NCBI GenBank assembly: GCA_041498975.1
Contig: JBGQJI010000032.1
Span: forward strand, 1-22,410
Source of the DNA: Candidatus Methylomirabilis sp.
GTDB lineage: Bacteria; Methylomirabilota; Methylomirabilia; Methylomirabilales; Methylomirabilaceae
Direction of reading: 5' to 3'
Length of the DNA stretch: 22,410 nt
Positions within the stretch are counted from its first letter, which is position 1. Every line of letters begins with the position of its first letter. The notes beneath the pieces were generated by a model that saw only the letters and a program-made list of their open reading frames with translations, was not told the origin of the DNA and did not search any database. The translations under genes and the position numbers were made by a program. Below, one piece after another: positions 17,977-22,410 of this stretch.

Positions 17977-18477
17977 ATGCCTGTAGCGAAGAGACTCGTG
18001 ATCGGCCGCCGTGCGCCGGATTTCACCCTTCCTGCGACGGGGGGAAAGTCCGTTCGCCTCAGCGACTTCAGGGGGAAGAAGCAGGTCGTGCTGGCCTTCT
18101 ACTGCCTTGATTGGACTCCCGGCTGAGCGACGGAGATCCCTTCGTTGCAGGCGCGGCTCGCCGACTTCGACGGGGTGGATGCCCAGGTGCTGGGCATCAG
18201 TGTGGATAGCGTTCCATGTCACGAGGCCTGGGCTGCCTCCTTGGGGGGCATCTCATTCCCGCTCCTGAGCGATTTCCACCGGCGGCTGAGCGCGAAATAT
18301 GGCCTGCTCTGGAAGCTGCACAATATCGCCAGGAGGGCGGTTGTCGTTATCGATAAAGACGGGAGGGTTCGGTACATCGAGATCTTTCGTAAGGGGCTTC
18401 CAGATCCCGATCGGTTGCTTGCCGTCCTGCGGGCCACGGGCGCTTCTGCGCCGAACAGAGGTCGGGGCATCGAATGA
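17977..18477 (+). CDS. Peroxiredoxin (AhpC/TSA, AhpE/BCP-like) with in-frame UGA, probable selenoprotein
   Basis: ORFs 17923-18126 and 18145-18477 share one frame. Readthrough gives APDFTL...[19 protein letters not shown]...VLGISVDS...FPLLSD...[18 protein letters not shown] before ATG 17977. Confidence 0.88.
18127..18160 (+). promoter_or_regulatory. Candidate bacterial SECIS stem-loop
   Basis: Just 3' of the UGA, GCGACGGAG/CTTCGTTGC can form a 9-bp stem. Alternatively GTTGC-AGGC-GCGGC puts a G-containing apical loop about 22 nt from the UGA. Confidence 0.45.
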
Positions 18478-18692
18478 CGCCGGACGCGGACGGCGTTATC
18501 GAGGGGTGCCCCCGGTGCGGCGGCCCGCTGAACGTCAAGGAGCACGATCTCAAGCCCGAGCTCTGCACCCTCTACGTCAAGAGCGGGCCAGGGGCCAAGG
18601 CGTATCGTCGCCCCCTCATCGCCTTCTGCGAAAACGAAGTCCTCATGACCTGTCCTGCCTGCTCGTACTGGGTTGCCTTCCCGATTTGCTGA
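18474..18692 (+). CDS. Small Cys-rich Zn-ribbon-like protein
   Basis: CPRCGG ... CPAC plus three further Cys. The ATG overlaps the peroxiredoxin stop (ATGA). Confidence 0.7.
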   Translation: MTPDADGVIEGCPRCGGPLNVKEHDLKPELCTLYVKSGPGAKAYRRPLIAFCENEVLMTCPACSYWVAFPIC

Positions 18693-18862
18693 TGCCGTTC
18701 CAGCTTTATCCGACTACCATCGCAATGGCCCGTACGCATCTGGATCGGCCGTCGCAACGCCCGATCATGTGTCCGAACAAGTTGGAACGGCACGAGGGCA
18801 AGCGGTAGTTCGTAGCACGACACCTGTCGGCGATTAGCTCCAACAAATTGGAACGGCACTAG
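18693..18862. repeat. Element bounded by inverted repeats with a duplicated right end (MITE-like)
   Basis: TGCCGTTCCAGCTT (18693-706) is inverted relative to AACAAGTTGGAACGGCAC (18776-93) and AACAAATTGGAACGGCAC (18842-59). Confidence 0.55.
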
Positions 18863-18863
18863 C

Positions 18864-19454
18864 GTGATGTATCGTCCCACTTCGGATCAGATCCGCACTG
18901 CTCTTGCGAGACGGCCACGAAAGGAGGTTGCGGACCCGCGCCTCAGGAGGGCGGCGGTCTTGATGCCCGTGTATGATGACGCGGACGGCCTTCACGTCTT
19001 GCTCACGCGGCGAAGCGAAGCGTTGCCGCAGCACAAGGGGCAGATCGCCTTTCCCGGGGGCACCCAACAGCCCGACGATCAAAGCCCGTTGGCGACTGCG
19101 CTGCGGGAGAGCGAAGAGGAGGTTGGGCTTAAGCCGTGCGATGTGCAGATCCTGGGCGCCCTGGATGACACTGTGACTGCGACATCCAACTACGTTGTCA
19201 CCCCGTTCGTGGGCCTGGTCCCTCATCCGTACTCATTCCGGGTGAACCCAGGCGAGATCGTCGAGCTGATTCCGCTCCCCCTGACTCTTTTGTGCGATCC
19301 TTCCTGCTTCAGAGAGGAGTTGTGGGACCGTGAGGGCGTGACAGTCCCTGTATACTTCTATATGGTCGGTTCGCACGTGATCTGGGGATTGACCGCACGG
19401 ATTCTCAAACAGTTCTTGGAAGCCGTTTTTCCCGCCGGCGTGGCTCCCGTCTAG
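18864..19454 (+). CDS. Nudix hydrolase, CoA pyrophosphatase (NudL/PCD1-like)
   Basis: AAVL, LLTRRS...HKGQIAFPGG, Nudix box ALRESEEEVGL, and IWGLTARIL. Confidence 0.9.
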   Translation: MMYRPTSDQIRTALARRPRKEVADPRLRRAAVLMPVYDDADGLHVLLTRRSEALPQHKGQIAFPGGTQQPDDQSPLATALRESEEEVGLKPCDVQILGALDDTVTATSNYVVTPFVGLVPHPYSFRVNPGEIVELIPLPLTLLCDPSCFREELWDREGVTVPVYFYMVGSHVIWGLTARILKQFLEAVFPAGVAPV

Positions 19455-19533
19455 TAGTGTCCTTGGCCCCGTGCTTTCAGGTGGTTTTCCTTGCGCATCC
19501 CGACACGCTTCTTTAGAATGTTCACGGTAACCA

Positions 19534-19660
19534 AAGACGTTCACTGTTCACAGTTGACGGTAGGATCTCTACCATGGGCGCCCGCTCTTGCGGTGAACCG
19601 TGAACGGTCAACCGTGAACGCTTCTACCCCCCCGTGAACCATGGACCGTGAACTATGAAT
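19534..19660. repeat. Heptamer-periodic inverted repeat, copy D
   Basis: GTTCACT-GTTCACA-GTTGACG facing GGTGAAC-CGTGAAC-GGTCAAC-CGTGAAC and CGTGAAC-CATGGAC-CGTGAAC-TATGAAT. Confidence 0.75.
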
Positions 19661-20842
19661 GCCTTTGCCTGGCTCTCGGCATTTGGTTGGGCGCTCGTGG
19701 CAACGGCCTGGGTCGTCCTCCTGCTGCGGATCGACGGGAAAGGCGCCGGCGAGCCTCACGTTGGCCTCATCCCGAGGTGGGCCATTCCGGGCCAGCACCC
19801 GCTTGTCTCCGTCATCGTTCCGGCGAGGAACGAGGAGCAAAACCTTCCCCGCTGCCTCGACTCCCTCATGGCGCAACGGTACGATCTGTTCGAGATCATC
19901 GTCGTCGACGATGAATCCACCGACGGGACCTACGCCGCCGCAATGGAGCGCGCCCGGCGTTCCGACCGCATGCGAGTGATCGAGGGAGACCCTCTGCCTG
20001 CCGGCTGGACCGGAAAGAATTTCGCCCTGACGGAAGGGGTCAAAGCGGCCGAGGGGGAATGGCTCTTGTTTACCGATGCCGACACGGTGCACGACTCTGC
20101 AGCCTTGCCGCAGGCGCTTGGTTTCGCTCTCGCCCACCGGATCGACCTGTTGAGCCTCACGGGCCTCCAGGAGTGTCGCGGCTTCTGGGAGCGGGCCGTC
20201 CAGCCGCTGATCTTCCAGCTCCTTGAAGGCCGCTATCGCCTGAGCCAGGTGAATGATCCGTCGAGCAGGGAAGCGGCGGCCAACGGACAGTTTCTGCTCA
20301 TCCGGCGGGATGCCTATGAACAGATCGGAGGCCACGGAGCGGTCGCGGCGACGCTCCTGGAGGATGTCGCTCTGGCCCGCACTGCGAAGGCTGCCGGATT
20401 CCGCCTCTATTTCGCCCATGCGCCAGAGCTCCTGGCGATCCGGATGTATACCTCCTTGCGCGAGATCTGGGAGGGGTGGAGTAAGAACCTGTTCGCCCTG
20501 GCCGACCGGAGTCTATTGCAGATCTCGGCCGCCGCCGCAATCGTCGTTGGCAGTGCGCTGCTTCCCAGCCTCCTGCTGGGCGTCTCCCTGGTCAACTGGT
20601 TAGGCGGGGGTGCTGTCCAGCCGCTCGAATGGGCACTCCCTGGCGTGACCGGGGCGTTCGTGCTCCAGGGTGTGATGGCCCGGCGCCTGGGCTTCAACCC
20701 CCTTGCCGGCGTCTTGGCCCCGCCCGGGGCGGGAGTGGTGTTCGCTGTCCTGTTCAATTCGACGACCAAAGGCTTGCTGGGCAGGAAAATTATCTGGAAG
20801 GGGCGGAGTATCCGGGCGAGCGGGTGGCGTGGGAACAGGTGA
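19655..20842 (+). CDS. Membrane-bound family 2 glycosyltransferase (CrtQ/HpnB-like)
   Basis: VSVIVPARNEE, VDDESTDGT, GWTGK, FTDAD, ANGQF, LEDV, RMY..L.EIWEGW.KN, with N- and C-terminal TM helices. Confidence 0.9.
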   Translation: MNAFAWLSAFGWALVATAWVVLLLRIDGKGAGEPHVGLIPRWAIPGQHPLVSVIVPARNEEQNLPRCLDSLMAQRYDLFEIIVVDDESTDGTYAAAMERARRSDRMRVIEGDPLPAGWTGKNFALTEGVKAAEGEWLLFTDADTVHDSAALPQALGFALAHRIDLLSLTGLQECRGFWERAVQPLIFQLLEGRYRLSQVNDPSSREAAANGQFLLIRRDAYEQIGGHGAVAATLLEDVALARTAKAAGFRLYFAHAPELLAIRMYTSLREIWEGWSKNLFALADRSLLQISAAAAIVVGSALLPSLLLGVSLVNWLGGGAVQPLEWALPGVTGAFVLQGVMARRLGFNPLAGVLAPPGAGVVFAVLFNSTTKGLLGRKIIWKGRSIRASGWRGNR

Positions 20843-20846
20843 CGTC

Positions 20847-21263
20847 GTGCTCTATCTCACAAAGAGGGTCGAATTCTGTGCCTCTCACCGCTATCACAAT
20901 CCGCAGTGGAGCGATGAGGAGAATCGGCGCGTGTTCGGAAAGTGCAACAACCTCCACGGCCACGGTCACAACTACGTTCTCGAGGTGACGGTGGCGGGTG
21001 AGCCGTCGCGCCAGACCGGAATGGTGATCGACCTCGACGTGCTCCAGAAGCTGATGACCGAAGAGGTGCTGGATCGGTTTGATCACAAGCACCTGAACCT
21101 GGACTCGCCCTATTTCAAGGAGCGGATCCCGACGTCTGAAAACCTTGTCCAGGTCATCTGGGAGCTGCTGGCAGCTCGGGTCCACGGGTGCCGGCTTCAT
21201 CGGCTTCGGCTGTGGGAGGACCCCACACTCTATGTCGAGTACTTCGGAAGCGCCGCAGGGTAG
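20847..21263 (+). CDS. 6-pyruvoyl-tetrahydropterin synthase family protein (PTPS-II-like)
   Basis: FCASHRY...SDEEN...FGKCNNLHGHGHNY.LEVTV.GE...TGMV...DHKHLN...PTSEN...LWE. GTG start at 20847. Confidence 0.9.
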   Translation: MLYLTKRVEFCASHRYHNPQWSDEENRRVFGKCNNLHGHGHNYVLEVTVAGEPSRQTGMVIDLDVLQKLMTEEVLDRFDHKHLNLDSPYFKERIPTSENLVQVIWELLAARVHGCRLHRLRLWEDPTLYVEYFGSAAG

Positions 21264-21351
21264 CCTCCATTCGGCCCAGGGATGCAGGTGCGGCATGTGC
21301 GTTCGTCCCCTGACAAGCGTCGTTGGGCTGACAACCGGCTAAGGAGAGAGC

Positions 21352-21906
21352 ATGATCATCAGGCTAATCAGGGACCTGTTGAAGGAGATCGGCGAAGACC
21401 CCGATCGGGAAGGTCTGCTCAAGACCCCGGAACGGGTGGAGCGGATGTTCGCATTCCTGACCTCCGGATACGGTAAGCAGGTCGAAGACGTCCTGAATGG
21501 CGCCGTTTTCCAGGAGAACTACGACGAGATCGTCCTGGTGAAAGATATCGATTTCTACTCGCTTTGCGAGCATCACCTGCTTCCCTTTTTCGGCAAGTGC
21601 CATGTCGGCTATCTGCCAGATGGCAAGATCGTGGGGTTGAGCAAGGTGGTCCGGCTGGTCGAGATGTACAGTCGCCGACTCCAGGTGCAGGAGCGCATGA
21701 CATCCCAGATTGCGAGCGCGCTCTTGGAAGCCCTGCGGCCACGGGGGGTAGCCGTTGTCATCGAAGCCTACCACCTCTGCATGATGATGCGCGGCGTGGA
21801 AAAACAGAATAGCAAGGCCGTGACCTCATCCATGCACGGAATTTTCCGCGAGCGACTGGAGACCCGGACAGAGTTCATGCAGTTGATACGGCGACACGAC
21901 GCATGA
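21352..21906 (+). CDS. folE: GTP cyclohydrolase I
   Basis: [49 protein letters not shown]. Confidence 0.96.
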   Translation: MIIRLIRDLLKEIGEDPDREGLLKTPERVERMFAFLTSGYGKQVEDVLNGAVFQENYDEIVLVKDIDFYSLCEHHLLPFFGKCHVGYLPDGKIVGLSKVVRLVEMYSRRLQVQERMTSQIASALLEALRPRGVAVVIEAYHLCMMMRGVEKQNSKAVTSSMHGIFRERLETRTEFMQLIRRHDA

Positions 21907-22410
21907 CGCTGGAAGGCAGGGTGGCCATCGTCACCGGCGCCTCGCGGGGAATCGGCCGCGCGATCGCCAGTCGTTTTGCGAGAGCCGGAGCGAACCTGGT
22001 CCTGGTCGCGAGGGGGGAGCGGGGCTTACGCGAGGCGGCGGATGAAATGACGGCCCTGGGGATCGAGGTGGAGGCAGTGCGGGCGGACGTGGCGAGCCCG
22101 GCTGCCGTGGCGACAATGGCCCGACGCGCCCTTGCCCGCTTCAAGAGAATCGACCTGCTGGTCAACAACGCTGGCATCGCAACCTTCGCGCCGCTTCTGA
22201 AGGTCCGTGTGCCCGAGTGGGATCGGATGATGGCGGTCAACCTGAGAGCCCCGTTCCTCTGTACGCGCGCCGTCCTGCCGTCGATGATCCGTCGGCGTCA
22301 AGGTTCCATCATCAATATCGCTTCGGTCGCCGCAGTCAGGGGATTTGCGGACTGTTCGGGGTATTCGGCCTCGAAGAGCGGCCTGCTGGGGTTCAGTCGC
22401 GCCTTGGCGG
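21903..22410 (+). CDS. Classical SDR oxidoreductase (runs off the window), possible sepiapterin reductase
   Basis: Absent from the ORF track. Translates [18 protein letters not shown]...LVNNAG...NIASVAA...YSASK. The ATG overlaps the folE stop. Confidence 0.9.
   Translation, partial: MTLEGRVAIVTGASRGIGRAIASRFARAGANLVLVARGERGLREAADEMTALGIEVEAVRADVASPAAVATMARRALARFKRIDLLVNNAGIATFAPLLKVRVPEWDRMMAVNLRAPFLCTRAVLPSMIRRRQGSIINIASVAAVRGFADCSGYSASKSGLLGFSRALA

Noticed and set aside
17923..18477. Peroxiredoxin pseudogene or two small genes
   Set aside because: The single stop is TGA exactly at the catalytic Cys column and there is no other decay, so Sec is more parsimonious.
14404..19660. CRISPR array
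   Set aside because: The repeats are 7-nt tandem units without unique spacers, and no cas genes are present.

Overview
GC-rich bacterial chromosomal window. From left to right it holds a DUF1858 gene with a long structured leader, then nth, a class II tRNA nucleotidyltransferase that looks CC-adding, and tRNA-Gly(CCC). A more AT-rich islet follows, with a putative type II restriction-modification pair and an orphan membrane protein. Next come a PPi-dependent phosphofructokinase and several exported or membrane hypotheticals, including a PEGA-ankyrin fusion followed by a lone attC-like site. A complete minus-strand coenzyme F420 cluster (F420-dependent PPOX gene, cofG, cofH, npdG/fno, cofD, cofC, cofE) faces away from a plus-strand cluster. 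That cluster opens with a peroxiredoxin that has an in-frame TGA at the peroxidatic position (probable selenoprotein, split in the ORF track). It continues with a Zn-ribbon protein, a Nudix hydrolase, a GT2, a mammalian-type PTPS, folE and an SDR, which together suggest tetrahydrobiopterin-like synthesis. Heptamer-periodic intergenic repeats recur around the F420 cluster. All calls come from motif recognition; no searches were run.
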